This document shows, one piece after another, positions 29,102 to 39,621 of a DNA stretch of 44,462 bases. The position numbers and the translations under genes are program-made. Origin of the DNA: an uncultured Clostridia bacterium (GTDB lineage: Bacteria > Bacillota > Clostridia > Tissierellales > Peptoniphilaceae); the NCBI GenBank assembly GCA_945916025.1, contig CAMEGD010000001.1:1-44462 (forward strand). The letters are read 5' to 3'. Each line of letters opens with the position of its first letter. The first letter of the stretch is position 1. Below the pieces are notes generated by a model. That model saw nothing but the letters and a program-made list of their open reading frames with translations, had not been told where the DNA came from and did no database searches.

Positions 29102-29868
29102 AAAAATCAATTGATAAGTTTTATTTAGGCCTTGTATACCTATTTTTATATCTTCCAATTATAGTTTTGATTGTATTTTCTTTTAACTCCTCTAGGTTAA
29201 GGGGGAATTTTGAAGGTCTTTCCCTTGTTTGGTATGAATCTTTATTTAGGGACAGGGCTATTATGAATGCCCTAACTAACACCCTTTTAGTTGCAATTTC
29301 TTCAACTATTATTTCTACGGTTTTAGGTACATTTGCAGCTATTGGAATCCACTATCTAAGGGGGCCAAGAAGGGAAGCTATTTTAAACTTAAACTATATA
29401 CCAGTAATAAATCCGGACATTGTAACTGCAGTTGGATTAATGGCTTTATTCAAATTCTTTTCCATTAAGTTTGGTATTCAGACTATGTTAATATCCCATG
29501 TGGTCTTTTCAGTACCCTATGTGATTTTAAATGTTCTACCAAAGCTTAACCAACTAGACAACAACTTATTAGATGCGGCTATGGACTTAGGGGCGACTCC
29601 CTTTTATTCTGTAAGAAAGGTAATTATTCCTCAAATTATGCCAGGTATAATAACAGGGGCCCTAATGGCCTTTACCCTATCTATTGATGACTTTATAATT
29701 TCTTACTTTAATACAGGTCATGGCTTTAATAATCTATCAATACTAATTTACTCTATGGCTAAAAAAGGCATTAACCCAAGTATAAATGCCCTATCAACTT
29801 TAATGTTTGCAACAATGCTTTTACTTGTAATAGTAATTAACAAAAGAAACAAAGGAGAAAATAATTAA
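29095..29868 (+). CDS. potC: Spermidine/putrescine ABC permease
   Basis: FLYLPIIVLIVFSFN, DAAMDLGA and FTLSIDDF. Confidence 0.92.
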   Translation: MVKKSIDKFYLGLVYLFLYLPIIVLIVFSFNSSRLRGNFEGLSLVWYESLFRDRAIMNALTNTLLVAISSTIISTVLGTFAAIGIHYLRGPRREAILNLNYIPVINPDIVTAVGLMALFKFFSIKFGIQTMLISHVVFSVPYVILNVLPKLNQLDNNLLDAAMDLGATPFYSVRKVIIPQIMPGIITGALMAFTLSIDDFIISYFNTGHGFNNLSILIYSMAKKGINPSINALSTLMFATMLLLVIVINKRNKGENN

Positions 29869-30912
29869 ATGAACAAAAAACTATTAGGAGTAGGTCTTTT
29901 ATGTATTATCCTTCTAACTGGATGTGGATCTACTGGAGGCTCAGGGGAAGTTTTAAATATCTATAACTGGGGAGATTATATAGATGAAAACCTTATAGAT
30001 AAATTTGAAGAAGAGACTGGCATTGAAGTAGTCTATGACACTTTTTCTTCCAACGAAGACATGTATATAAAAGTAAAACAAGGTATTGATTCTTATGACA
30101 TTATTGTTCCTTCTGATTATATGATTGAAAGGATGATTGATGAAGATTTACTTTCCGAAATTGATTTAAGTAAGATTCCAAATTTTGAAAAGGTAAATGA
30201 AACTTTAAGAAATCCAGTATTTGATCCAGATAACAAGTACTCAGTTCCTTATTTTTGGGGAACTAGTGGGATAATATATAACACTAAAGATATAACTAAT
30301 CCAGTAACTAGCTGGATGGATCTTTTTAATGAAGATTATTCTGGAAAAATTCTAATGTATAATTCTTCAAGGGACTCTATTGCAGTTGCCTTAAAGGCCC
30401 TTGGTTATTCAATGAACTCTACAGACATGGCTCAGCTTGAAGAAGCCAAAAACCTATTAATAAAACAAAAGCCTTTAGTATTAGCCTACCAAGCTGACGA
30501 AGGTAGGGACACAATAGTTTCAGGAGATGCAAGTATTGGCTTTATGTATTCAGGGGATGCCTTAATGATGATGGAACTAAATCCTGATTTAGCCTATGTT
30601 CTTCCTGAAGAAGGTCCAAATATTTGGTTTGATGCTATGGTAATTCCAGCTTCAACTCAAAATCCAGAAGCTGCCCACAAGTTTATTAATTTTATGTGCG
30701 ACCCAGAAAACGCAGCAGTAAATGCTGAATATTCAGTTGGTTTTTCATCACCTATACCAGAAGCCATAGAATTGCTTCCAGATGAAATTAAAAACTCTGC
30801 AGTTGCCTATCCAAGTGATGATAAACTTGTAAATGGAGAAGTATATAGAAACTCTGCAGAAATTTTAGAAGAATACGATGCTATTTGGACTGCAGTTACA
30901 ACTTCAAACTAA
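29869..30912 (+). CDS. potD: Spermidine/putrescine-binding lipoprotein
   Basis: LLTGC lipobox, YNWGDYID, PSDYM, PYFWGT and WFD. Confidence 0.92.
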   Translation: MNKKLLGVGLLCIILLTGCGSTGGSGEVLNIYNWGDYIDENLIDKFEEETGIEVVYDTFSSNEDMYIKVKQGIDSYDIIVPSDYMIERMIDEDLLSEIDLSKIPNFEKVNETLRNPVFDPDNKYSVPYFWGTSGIIYNTKDITNPVTSWMDLFNEDYSGKILMYNSSRDSIAVALKALGYSMNSTDMAQLEEAKNLLIKQKPLVLAYQADEGRDTIVSGDASIGFMYSGDALMMMELNPDLAYVLPEEGPNIWFDAMVIPASTQNPEAAHKFINFMCDPENAAVNAEYSVGFSSPIPEAIELLPDEIKNSAVAYPSDDKLVNGEVYRNSAEILEEYDAIWTAVTTSN

Positions 30913-30923
30913 GAAAATATTTT

Positions 30924-30951
30924 AAAGTCTACTAATTTAGTAGGCTTTTTT
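30924..30951 (+). terminator. Terminator of the pot operon
   Basis: AAAGTCTACTA..TAGTAGGCTTT hairpin with a T run. Confidence 0.7.
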
Positions 30952-31011
30952 AGTAGGCTTATTGATAGTTAAAGATATATTTTTGGGTATAAAGTTTTAG
31001 AGGTGAAGTAT

Positions 31012-32637
31012 ATGAAACTAAGATTTTATGGTGGTTCCAGAATGGTAACAGGGTCTAACCACCTTATCGAAGCAAATGGAAAAATACTAATGTTAGATTG
31101 TGGACTTATCCAAGGTGGTAAGGAAGAAGATCTTATGAACTTTAAGGAATTTCCTTATAACCCTAGTGATGTGGATTACTTAGTCTTGTCCCATGCCCAT
31201 ATTGACCATTCAGGAAGAATTCCAAAACTTGTAAACGACGGCTTTAAGGGAAGGATTATTGCTACAAAGGCTACAACAGAACTTAGCAAGATTATGCTTC
31301 AAGACAGTGGCCATATCCAAGAATCAGAAGCTGAATGGGAAAACAAGAAGAGACAAAGAAAAAATATGCCCCTTGTAAAACCCCTTTACACAGTAGATGA
31401 TGCCTTAAGGGCACTAACGTACTTTGAAGAATATTATTATGATCAATATGTAGAAATAGATGATACCTTTACAATTAGGTTTAAAGATGCTGGTCATATT
31501 ATAGGTTCTTCTATAGTGGAAATTTGGGTAAAGGAAAACAACGAAACTACAAAAATAGTATTTTCTGGGGACTTGGGTGTGGATGAAAAGGCTATTATAA
31601 ACACACCAGAATTTATTGAAAGTGCAGACTATCTTATACTTGAATCGACTTACGGTAATAGAATTCACGAACCTTACCAATCAGCAGAAGAAGAATTAAT
31701 AAAAATAATTGAAGATACTGCAGCCAGAGGGGGATCAGTTATTATTCCAGCCTTTGCAGTAGGCAGGACCCAAGAGTTAATTTATCAACTAAATAAGTAC
31801 TATGATAGGGATGACTTTGAAGAATATAAGAGAATACCAATATATATAGATTCTCCAATGGCTTTAAGGGCTACAGAAATGTATGAAAAAAATGCCGAAC
31901 TATTTAATGAAGAAACTAAGGAGAGAATCCTAAGTGGTGACAATCCTTTTAGGTTTCCAAATATTAGGTATGTTCAAACATCAGACGAATCTAAGGCCTT
32001 AAACAAGTCTAATTATCCAAAGGTAATTATTTCAGCATCAGGAATGGCAGATGCAGGTAGAATTAGACACCATCTAAAGCACAATCTTTGGGATTCTAGA
32101 AATACAGTTTTGTTTGTAGGTTATCAAGCTCAAGGTTCAACTGGTAGAAGACTATTAGAAGGCCAAAAGGAGATTAACATTTTAGGAGAAGAAATAAGGG
32201 TTAGTGCAGAAATAAGAGAAATACAAGGATTATCTGCCCATGCTGACAAAAATATGCTCCTTAGGTGGGTAGAAAAAATTGAAAACAAACCTAAAAAGAT
32301 TTTCCTAGTTCATGGTGAAATTGATGCTTTAGAAGAGATGGAAAGGGAGATAGAAGCTAGGTTTAAGATAGAAGCTGATATTACAGAACCTGGAGAAGTA
32401 GTTGAGGTAACTAATACAGATGCAGTAATTCTAAGTAAAGACCATACAGAAAAGAATCTAAAGGAAGACTTAGATGCATCCATACAAGAAGTATTAGACC
32501 TTTTAGAAGTTTATAAGAGTAAAAGAGGAGAGGACCTTCCAGAAGACTTTATTAAGTCCAATTACTTCCAATATAATGGAGCCCTATTAGATGTAAAAAA
32601 CAGACTAATGGAACTCATTATGTTAGAGAATAACTAA
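31012..32637 (+). CDS. MBL-fold beta-CASP ribonuclease
   Basis: VTGSNH, DCG, SHAHIDHSG, AGHIIGS, FSGDLG, ESTYG, AVGRTQE, SAHAD and VHGE. Confidence 0.92.
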   Translation: MKLRFYGGSRMVTGSNHLIEANGKILMLDCGLIQGGKEEDLMNFKEFPYNPSDVDYLVLSHAHIDHSGRIPKLVNDGFKGRIIATKATTELSKIMLQDSGHIQESEAEWENKKRQRKNMPLVKPLYTVDDALRALTYFEEYYYDQYVEIDDTFTIRFKDAGHIIGSSIVEIWVKENNETTKIVFSGDLGVDEKAIINTPEFIESADYLILESTYGNRIHEPYQSAEEELIKIIEDTAARGGSVIIPAFAVGRTQELIYQLNKYYDRDDFEEYKRIPIYIDSPMALRATEMYEKNAELFNEETKERILSGDNPFRFPNIRYVQTSDESKALNKSNYPKVIISASGMADAGRIRHHLKHNLWDSRNTVLFVGYQAQGSTGRRLLEGQKEINILGEEIRVSAEIREIQGLSAHADKNMLLRWVEKIENKPKKIFLVHGEIDALEEMEREIEARFKIEADITEPGEVVEVTNTDAVILSKDHTEKNLKEDLDASIQEVLDLLEVYKSKRGEDLPEDFIKSNYFQYNGALLDVKNRLMELIMLENN

Positions 32638-32739
32638 AATATATTTTGTGCTAATGTAAAAAATAATTTATTTTTTAATTCATTTATGATATTATTTTAA
32701 AGTATTTTTTAGAATACAATATTTAAATGGAGGAAAATA

Positions 32740-33471
32740 ATGAAATTAATAGTTGTGAGAAGTTATGAAGAAATGAGCATGAAAGCAGCTGAAGTAATTG
32801 CTAACCAAATGAAAGAAAAGGAAGATTCTGTTCTTGGCTTAGCTACTGGAAGTACTCCTGAAGGAATGTATGCAGAATTAGTTAAAATGTATGAAAATAA
32901 AGAAATTGATTTTTCTAAAATAACAACATTTAACTTAGATGAATACTATGGTCTTGATCCACAAAATGACCAATCATATAATTATTTTATGAATAAGCAC
33001 TTACTTGGAAAGGTAAATGTAAATAAAGATAAAACTAACATTCCAGCTGGAATTACAGAAGATGTAGAAACAACAGCTAGAGATTATGATAAAAAAATTG
33101 CTGATCATGGAGGAATTGACATCCAAGTTTTAGGAATTGGGGTAAATGGACATATTGGATTTAATGAACCAGGTCCGTATTTCGTAGGTCAAACTCACAA
33201 GGTTGACTTAAGTGAAGAAACTATCGAAGCTAACTCCAGATTTTTCGAAAATGCTGAAGAGGTTCCAAAACAAGCAATAACAATGGGAATGATGAGCATT
33301 CTTCAAGCTAAGAAGATTCTTTTACTTGCAAACGGTCAAGGAAAGGCAGATGCAATTTACAATTCATTACAAGGACCTATTACACCACAAGTTCCAGCAA
33401 GTATTTTACAACTACACAAAGACTTAGTAGTTATAGTTGATGAAGATGCAGCTAGTAAATTAAAGAGATAA
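32740..33471 (+). CDS. nagB: Glucosamine-6-phosphate deaminase
   Basis: GLATGSTP, FNLDEY, GIGVNGHIGFNEPG and PASILQLH. Confidence 0.97.
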   Translation: MKLIVVRSYEEMSMKAAEVIANQMKEKEDSVLGLATGSTPEGMYAELVKMYENKEIDFSKITTFNLDEYYGLDPQNDQSYNYFMNKHLLGKVNVNKDKTNIPAGITEDVETTARDYDKKIADHGGIDIQVLGIGVNGHIGFNEPGPYFVGQTHKVDLSEETIEANSRFFENAEEVPKQAITMGMMSILQAKKILLLANGQGKADAIYNSLQGPITPQVPASILQLHKDLVVIVDEDAASKLKR

Positions 33472-33480
33472 ATATTAAGT

Positions 33481-33506
33481 GCCCTAGGACCAACTAGGGC
33501 TTTTTT
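33481..33506 (+). terminator. Terminator after nagB
   Basis: GCCCTAG-N6-CTAGGGC followed by T6. Confidence 0.8.
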
Positions 33507-33575
33507 ATTGTCCAGAAAGTTTTTATTTATGCTATAATAATGTTAGAAAAAATGAAATACCTAAGGTGACTAAAG

Positions 33576-34589
33576 ATGAATAAAAAGATTAAAAATATAA
33601 TATTATATGGAATACTAATGGCTATTGTCTTAGGTTTTGCCCTAAGTCCAATGCTTGGAAAGGAAATACTCTGGAACTCAGATCAAAATGTCCAAATTCC
33701 CTTTAGTGGAATTCATTTTGACAAACCTGAGAATATCTCTGCTTTTAAAATTAAAAGATATGAAACTCCAGGTCAAGTTTCTAGTCTAATTAGCTATGAT
33801 GTAGAGTTTGAGTACACAGGGTCAGAATCTAGTATGAGAATAATGGGTAAATTAGCAGAACAAGCTTTTTTTGGAGAAAATGTAAGCCCAATTCACAGTA
33901 AGGCTACCTTAAAAGGAGAATACGAAAAAATAAATAATCTCTTATTTAATGAAAAACTAACTAATAGAGACTTATTTAAAAATTTGCAAAACTACAAGTT
34001 TTCTTCTACTTCAGAAATTAGGGTTCCATTAAATGAAGAAGTAAAAAATTACAAGTTTAAAATTACTTATCTTCCGAAGACCTTGGTATACGAAAATAAC
34101 AAGGAGCTTGCTAAAGCTAGTGTATTTTTAACTAATGCAAGGGTAGACAACTTTACAGATGGGGACTACTTAAATAAAAGTGAGACTCAAAGCTTTAATG
34201 AAAGTGGCATGTATGTAAATGCTATAGAAGTATATAATGAAGAAACAATAAAGAAGATAGACTTATTTAATAATATAAACAATATTATTTTTATTTTATC
34301 TGTAATCATTACCTTGGGTCTTATTTGGATAGATAGACCAAATACCCAATACTTTATCATCATCTTTATATTTATTAGTATTTTGACTGTATATAGATTC
34401 TTAGAAACTGGTGTATCAACACTTGGAGCTTTTACGGTATTTCCGATTTTAGGATTTTTAGGAGTCCTAGTAGGTAGACTTACAAGTAGAGAAAAGATTA
34501 CCTTTAATAAATATGACTTTTCACAAGGCTTGTTAGGGGCAATTCTTCTAATGATTCTAAGCATATTCTTATATCTCTTACCTAGGTAG
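33576..34589 (+). CDS. Hypothetical membrane protein
   Basis: N-terminal TM or signal segment, ~200-aa hydrophilic domain and about four C-terminal TM helices. Own TG-C-TATAAT and AGGTGA SD. Confidence 0.75.
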   Translation: MNKKIKNIILYGILMAIVLGFALSPMLGKEILWNSDQNVQIPFSGIHFDKPENISAFKIKRYETPGQVSSLISYDVEFEYTGSESSMRIMGKLAEQAFFGENVSPIHSKATLKGEYEKINNLLFNEKLTNRDLFKNLQNYKFSSTSEIRVPLNEEVKNYKFKITYLPKTLVYENNKELAKASVFLTNARVDNFTDGDYLNKSETQSFNESGMYVNAIEVYNEETIKKIDLFNNINNIIFILSVIITLGLIWIDRPNTQYFIIIFIFISILTVYRFLETGVSTLGAFTVFPILGFLGVLVGRLTSREKITFNKYDFSQGLLGAILLMILSIFLYLLPR

Positions 34590-34596
34590 GATAGAG

Positions 34597-34637
34597 GCCT
34601 GAATTTTATGAACTAACATAGAATTCAGGCGTTTTTT
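34597..34637 (+). terminator. Rho-independent terminator
   Basis: GCCTGAATTTTATG-N6-CATAGAATTCAGGC followed by GT6. Confidence 0.85.
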
Positions 34638-34945
34638 AATGTAAGACAAAAAAACTCAAGACCTCAATTGTGAAAACTTGATGAAAAATTTACATTAAAG
34701 TAATTAAATTTGATTAAATTCTCGTAAAAGAAAATTATGAAATAAATATTTCATTTTTATTTTTTATTTCTTTTTTCATAAAACGGGAAACCATATGAAA
34801 ACGTTATATTATCTTAATGTCTTAAAATAATCTCCACTAGTAAAATCCAAATAATTTGAAATATTTTTTTACAATAATTTTATTTTTTTCTCATGTATTC
34901 TTATCTATGTGGTTTTTATACTTATGTATATTAAGACTAGATTTT

Positions 34946-34973
34946 TTGCAAAAGAAATTTCATGTGGTATAAT
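34946..34973 (+). promoter_or_regulatory. sigma-A promoter of the glutamate mutase operon
   Basis: TTGCAA, 16-nt spacer, TG-G-TATAAT (hexamer 34968-34973). Confidence 0.7.
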
Positions 34974-35028
34974 TAGGTTAAACTAAGAATTATGAAAAAC
35001 ATTGTTCAAATTTATTTAGGAGGTAGTT

Positions 35029-35436
35029 ATGGGAAAGACATTAGTATTAGGAGTTATAGGCTCTGATGCTCACGCAGTAGGTAATAAAATATTAGATGCT
35101 ACTTTAACTGAAGCAGGTTACAAGGTAGTAAATATCGGTGTTTTATCTTCTCAAGAAGACTTTATCAACGCTGCAATCGAAACAAAGGCTGAAGTTATTT
35201 TAGTTTCTTCTCTTTATGGTCAAGGTGAACTTGATGTTAAAGGTATGAAAGAAAAATGTAACGAAGCTGGACTTGAAAATGTAAAACTATATGTTGGAGG
35301 AAACATTGTAGTTGGAAAACAAGACTGGGATGCTGTAGAAAAAAGATTCAAAGCTATGGGATTTGACAGAGTATACAGACCAGGAACTTCAGTTGAAACT
35401 ACAATTAAGGACTTAAAAGAAGACTTAGGGGAATAA
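35029..35436 (+). CDS. glmS: Glutamate (methylaspartate) mutase B12-binding subunit S (MutS/MamA)
   Basis: DAHAVG (DxHxxG cobalamin motif), SSLYGQG and YVGGNIVVG. This is not glucosamine synthase. Confidence 0.96.
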   Translation: MGKTLVLGVIGSDAHAVGNKILDATLTEAGYKVVNIGVLSSQEDFINAAIETKAEVILVSSLYGQGELDVKGMKEKCNEAGLENVKLYVGGNIVVGKQDWDAVEKRFKAMGFDRVYRPGTSVETTIKDLKEDLGE

Positions 35437-35437
35437 T

Positions 35438-36826
35438 ATGAATTGTTACTTGTTTATTGATTTTGGAAGTACATTTACAAAACTTACATTAGTTGACATA
35501 GATAATGAAGAAATCATTGGCACAGACAAATCTTACACTACTGTAGAAACAGATGTTATGATAGGCTTTGAAAATGCCTTGAACAACTTAAAGGAGAAGG
35601 TTGATTTTTCTAATATTAATATAGTAAAAACAACTGCTTGTTCTTCTGCAGCTGGTGGTCTAAAGGTAGTAGCAATAGGTCTTGTTCCAGAGCTTACAGC
35701 TGAAGCTGCTAAGAGAACTGCTCTAGGAGCAGGGGCAAGAATTATTAAGACTTATAGCTTTAAGTTAAATGACTCAGAGTTAGAAGAAATTAAAAATGCC
35801 AATTTAGATATGATTTTACTAGCTGGTGGTACTGATGGTGGAAACACTGAATCTATTATCCACAATGCTTCTATGATTAGTAAACATGGAATAAAGGTGC
35901 CAGTTGTTGTAGCTGGTAACAAAAGTGCCGTAGATGATGTTAAAGCTGCATTAGGAGATAACATTAATTATGTTATAACTGAAAATGTAATGCCAACCCT
36001 TAATCAAATTAATGTTGAGCCAGCTAGAGAAACTATTAGAAATATCTTTATGGAAAACATTATTAAGGCTAAAGGTATGGAAAGGGTTCACGAATTTATT
36101 GAAGGAATCGCAATGCCTACCCCAGCAGCTGTATTAAGGGCGGCCAGAGTTTTATCTGAAGGTAGTGAAGTAGAAGATGGAATTGGAGACCTTATTGTTT
36201 TAGACATTGGTGGTGCAACTACTGATGTTCACTCAATATCTGACGGTATGCCAACTAAGGGTGGAGTTACTTTTAGAGGCCTTGAAGAACCTTTTGCTAA
36301 GAGAACAGTTGAAGGGGACCTAGGTATGAGGTATTCATCCCTTGCAGTATATGAGGCCGCTGGTCTTAGAACTGTAAAGAAATTCATCGACGTAGAAAAC
36401 TATGATAGTGTGGAAGAAGAGTTTAGAAAACGCTATGAACACACTGATTTTGTAGCTACTGATAAGTTAGACAAGGAACTTGATCTAGGTATGGCAAAGA
36501 TTTGTACCTACCTATCAATGGGCAGACACGCAGGTGTAGTTAAGGTAGTTTATTCACCACTTGGGAATTTATACAACCAAGAAGGTAAGGACTTGTCAGA
36601 AGTCAAGTACTTAATAGGCACTGGCGGGATTATTATTAACAATGAAAAACCTGAAGAAATATTAAAATCAGGTCTATACACAACAGATGAACCTGATTCA
36701 TTAAGGCCTACTAGTCCAAAATTCATGGTAGATAAAAGTTATATTTTATCATCTATGGGATTATTAGCCATGATAGACGAAGACAAAGCTATTAGAATGC
36801 TTAAGAAATATTTAGTTGAAATTTAG
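35438..36826 (+). CDS. glmL: Glutamate mutase accessory/reactivating protein GlmL (MutL)
   Basis: [33 protein letters not shown] and [10 protein letters not shown] (ASKHA ATPase fold). Confidence 0.94.
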   Translation: MNCYLFIDFGSTFTKLTLVDIDNEEIIGTDKSYTTVETDVMIGFENALNNLKEKVDFSNINIVKTTACSSAAGGLKVVAIGLVPELTAEAAKRTALGAGARIIKTYSFKLNDSELEEIKNANLDMILLAGGTDGGNTESIIHNASMISKHGIKVPVVVAGNKSAVDDVKAALGDNINYVITENVMPTLNQINVEPARETIRNIFMENIIKAKGMERVHEFIEGIAMPTPAAVLRAARVLSEGSEVEDGIGDLIVLDIGGATTDVHSISDGMPTKGGVTFRGLEEPFAKRTVEGDLGMRYSSLAVYEAAGLRTVKKFIDVENYDSVEEEFRKRYEHTDFVATDKLDKELDLGMAKICTYLSMGRHAGVVKVVYSPLGNLYNQEGKDLSEVKYLIGTGGIIINNEKPEEILKSGLYTTDEPDSLRPTSPKFMVDKSYILSSMGLLAMIDEDKAIRMLKKYLVEI

Positions 36827-36837
36827 GAGATTACAGT

Positions 36838-38298
36838 ATGGATTTAAAATTTACAAAAATGACCGATGACGCCTTTTTTAAGGAAAGAGAAGAAGTTCTT
36901 GCATCTTGGCCTACAGGAAAAGACGTTGATTTAGACGAAGCTACTGAATATTTAAGAAATATTCCAGATGAAAAAAACTTTGCTAAAAAATTAGAAAAAG
37001 CTGACAAAGCGGGAATAACTACAGCTCAACCAAGAGCAGGAGTTGCTCTAATTAGCGAACACATTACATTATTACAACATCTACAAAATGAAGGTGGAGC
37101 AGACTTCTTACCTTCTACAATAGATGCTTATACAAGACAAAATAGATATGAAGAAGGTGAAAAGGGAATAGCAGAATCTCAAAAAGCAGGAAGATCACTT
37201 CTAAACGGATTCCCAGCTGTTAACCACGGTGTAACTGGTTGTAGACAAGTATTAGAATCAGTTGATTTACCACTTCAACTTAGACATGGTACTCCAGACT
37301 CAAGACTTCTTGCAGAAGTTGGACATGCTGGTGGATTTACTTCTAACGAAGGTGGAGCTATTTCTTACAACATTCCTTATTCTAAAAAAGTTACAGTTGA
37401 AAAATCAATTAGAGATTGGCAATATTGTGACAGATTAGTTGGTATTTATGAAGAAAGAGGAGTTAACATCAATAGGGAACCATTTGGTCCTTTAACAGGA
37501 ACTCTAGTACCTCCTTCAACTTCTAATGCAGTAGGTATCTTAGAAGCATTACTTGCAGCTGAACAAGGTGTTAAGTCTATTACAGTTGGCTATGGCCAAT
37601 GTGGTAACTTACTACAAGATGTTGCAGCTATCAACGCTTTAAGAGAGCAATGTCAAGAATATTTAAACGAATACGGATACAAAGATGTTGTATTAACAAC
37701 AGTATTCCACCAATGGATGGGTGGATTCCCAGAAGATGAATCAAAGGCATTTGGTTTAATTTCTCTTGGTGCTACAGCAGCAGCTTTATCTGGAGCTACA
37801 AAAGTAATAGTAAAAACTCCTCACGAAGCTATTGGTATTCCAACTAAAGAAGCAAACGCAGCAGGTATCAAGGCTACTAAGATGGTACTAAACCTATTAG
37901 AAGGTCAAAGATATGCTGATTCTGAAAAATTAAGACAAGAAATTGAAATAATAAAAGCAGAAGTTAAATGTATGTTAGATGAAACACTTAAACTTGGAAA
38001 GGGAGACTGGGCAGTAGGTACAGTTAAAGCTTTCGAAAACGGTGTAATCGATATTCCATTTGGACCATCTGATGCCAATGCGGGTAAAATGTTACCAGCA
38101 AGGGATAACCAAGGTTTCATTAGATATTTAGAACCAGGTAATATTCCATTTACTAAAGAATTACTTGACTTCAACAAATCTAAATTTGAAGAAAGAGCTA
38201 AATTTGAAGGTAGAGACATTAGCTTCCAAATGGTAGTTGATGATATATTTGCAGTAAGTAGAGGAAGATTAGTCGGAAGACCAGGAGGAGACAAATAA
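36838..38298 (+). CDS. glmE: Glutamate (methylaspartate) mutase subunit E
   Basis: [46 protein letters not shown] and VKTPHEA. Confidence 0.97.
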   Translation: MDLKFTKMTDDAFFKEREEVLASWPTGKDVDLDEATEYLRNIPDEKNFAKKLEKADKAGITTAQPRAGVALISEHITLLQHLQNEGGADFLPSTIDAYTRQNRYEEGEKGIAESQKAGRSLLNGFPAVNHGVTGCRQVLESVDLPLQLRHGTPDSRLLAEVGHAGGFTSNEGGAISYNIPYSKKVTVEKSIRDWQYCDRLVGIYEERGVNINREPFGPLTGTLVPPSTSNAVGILEALLAAEQGVKSITVGYGQCGNLLQDVAAINALREQCQEYLNEYGYKDVVLTTVFHQWMGGFPEDESKAFGLISLGATAAALSGATKVIVKTPHEAIGIPTKEANAAGIKATKMVLNLLEGQRYADSEKLRQEIEIIKAEVKCMLDETLKLGKGDWAVGTVKAFENGVIDIPFGPSDANAGKMLPARDNQGFIRYLEPGNIPFTKELLDFNKSKFEERAKFEGRDISFQMVVDDIFAVSRGRLVGRPGGDK

Positions 38299-39539
38299 TG
38301 AAAATTAAAAAACTATTATGTTCACCAGGATTAACAGGATTTTACTTTGATGACCAAAAAGCTATTAAAATGGGAGCAGGCCACGATGGATTATTCTATG
38401 TTGGTGAACCACAAACAGAAGGATTCTCAAGCATTAGACAAGCTGGAGAAAGTATTTCAGTTCAATTAATTCTTGAAGATGGACAAGTTGCTCATGGAGA
38501 CTGCGCAGCAGTTCAATATTCAGGAGCAGGTGGACGTGATCCATTATTCTTAGCTGCAGATTTCATTCCAGTAATTGAAAAAGAAATCGCACCTAAACTA
38601 GAAGGAAGAGAACTTGATAGCTTTAAAGAATTAGCTGAAGAATTCGACAAATTAGAAGTAAATGGTAAGAGACTTCATACAGCTATTAGATACGGTATTA
38701 CTCAAGCTATATTAGACGCAGTAGCTAAAGCAAAACACGTAACTATGGCAGAAGTTATTCATGAAGAATATAAAGTAGCTGACCCAATTAATCGAGTAGC
38801 AATATTCACTCAGTCTGGTGACGATAGATATGACAATGCTGACAAGATGATCTTAAAATCAGCTGATGTTTTACCTCATGGCCTTTTCAACAACGTAAAA
38901 GAAAAATTAGGTGAAAACGGAGAAAAATTAAAAGACTATGTAGCATGGTTAAGAGATAGAATTGGTCAATACAAGACCAAAGAAGATTACCAACCAATCC
39001 TTCACATTGACGTATATGGAACAATCGGAGAAGCTTTTGGTAATGACACTATGAAAATGGCTGATTATTTAACTGAACTTGAAGAAATCGCTAAACCATA
39101 CCACCTAAGAATTGAAGGACCTATGGATGTTGGTTCAAGAGAAGCTCAAATCGAAGCTTTAGCTGCTTTAACTGCTGAAGTTGATAAGAGAGGTATCAAT
39201 GTTGAGTTAGTAGCTGATGAATGGTGTAATACATTTGAAGATGTAAAAGACTTCGTTAAGGCAAATGCTGGACACATGCTTCAAATTAAAACTCCTGACT
39301 TAGGCGGAGTAAACAATACTGCTGAAGCTATTTTATTCTGTAAAGAAAACAACAAAGGTGCATATTGCGGTGGAACATGTAATGAAACTAACAGATCAGC
39401 TGAAGTTTTAACTAACATTGGTATGGCTTGTGGTGCTAAACAAGTACTTGCTAAACCAGGTATGGGAGTAGACGAAGGCTTAATGATAGTAAACAATGAA
39501 ATGAACAGAGTTATGGCTCTTGTTAATTACAGAAAATAA
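38298..39539 (+). CDS. mal: Methylaspartate ammonia-lyase
   Basis: GFYFDDQKAIK, GDCAAVQYSGAGGRDP, DVLPHG, HIDVYG, ADEWCN, QIKTPDLGG and AKPGMG. Confidence 0.97.
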   Translation: MKIKKLLCSPGLTGFYFDDQKAIKMGAGHDGLFYVGEPQTEGFSSIRQAGESISVQLILEDGQVAHGDCAAVQYSGAGGRDPLFLAADFIPVIEKEIAPKLEGRELDSFKELAEEFDKLEVNGKRLHTAIRYGITQAILDAVAKAKHVTMAEVIHEEYKVADPINRVAIFTQSGDDRYDNADKMILKSADVLPHGLFNNVKEKLGENGEKLKDYVAWLRDRIGQYKTKEDYQPILHIDVYGTIGEAFGNDTMKMADYLTELEEIAKPYHLRIEGPMDVGSREAQIEALAALTAEVDKRGINVELVADEWCNTFEDVKDFVKANAGHMLQIKTPDLGGVNNTAEAILFCKENNKGAYCGGTCNETNRSAEVLTNIGMACGAKQVLAKPGMGVDEGLMIVNNEMNRVMALVNYRK

Positions 39540-39560
39540 TAAGTTTAATATTAAATTTCT

Positions 39561-39601
39561 TATAATTCAGGAGGGCTATTGCCTTTCTGAATTATATTTT
39601 T
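39561..39601 (+). terminator. Intra-operon stem-loop (partial terminator or mRNA stabiliser)
   Basis: 16-bp stem TATAATTCAGGAGGGC-TATT-GCCTTTCTGAATTATA followed by T5. Confidence 0.65.
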
Positions 39602-39621
39602 ATAAAAACTAGGGGGGACAC

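Noticed and set aside
34640-35028. Cobalamin riboswitch or Rex boxes before glutamate mutase
   Set aside because: There is no B12 box or structured GC-rich core. The Rex-like strings have the wrong spacing or too many mismatches for such AT-rich DNA.
35029-36826. Reading glmS/mutS and mutL as glucosamine synthase or mismatch repair genes
   Set aside because: This is a name collision only. The motifs are those of the B12-binding mutase subunit and its accessory ATPase.
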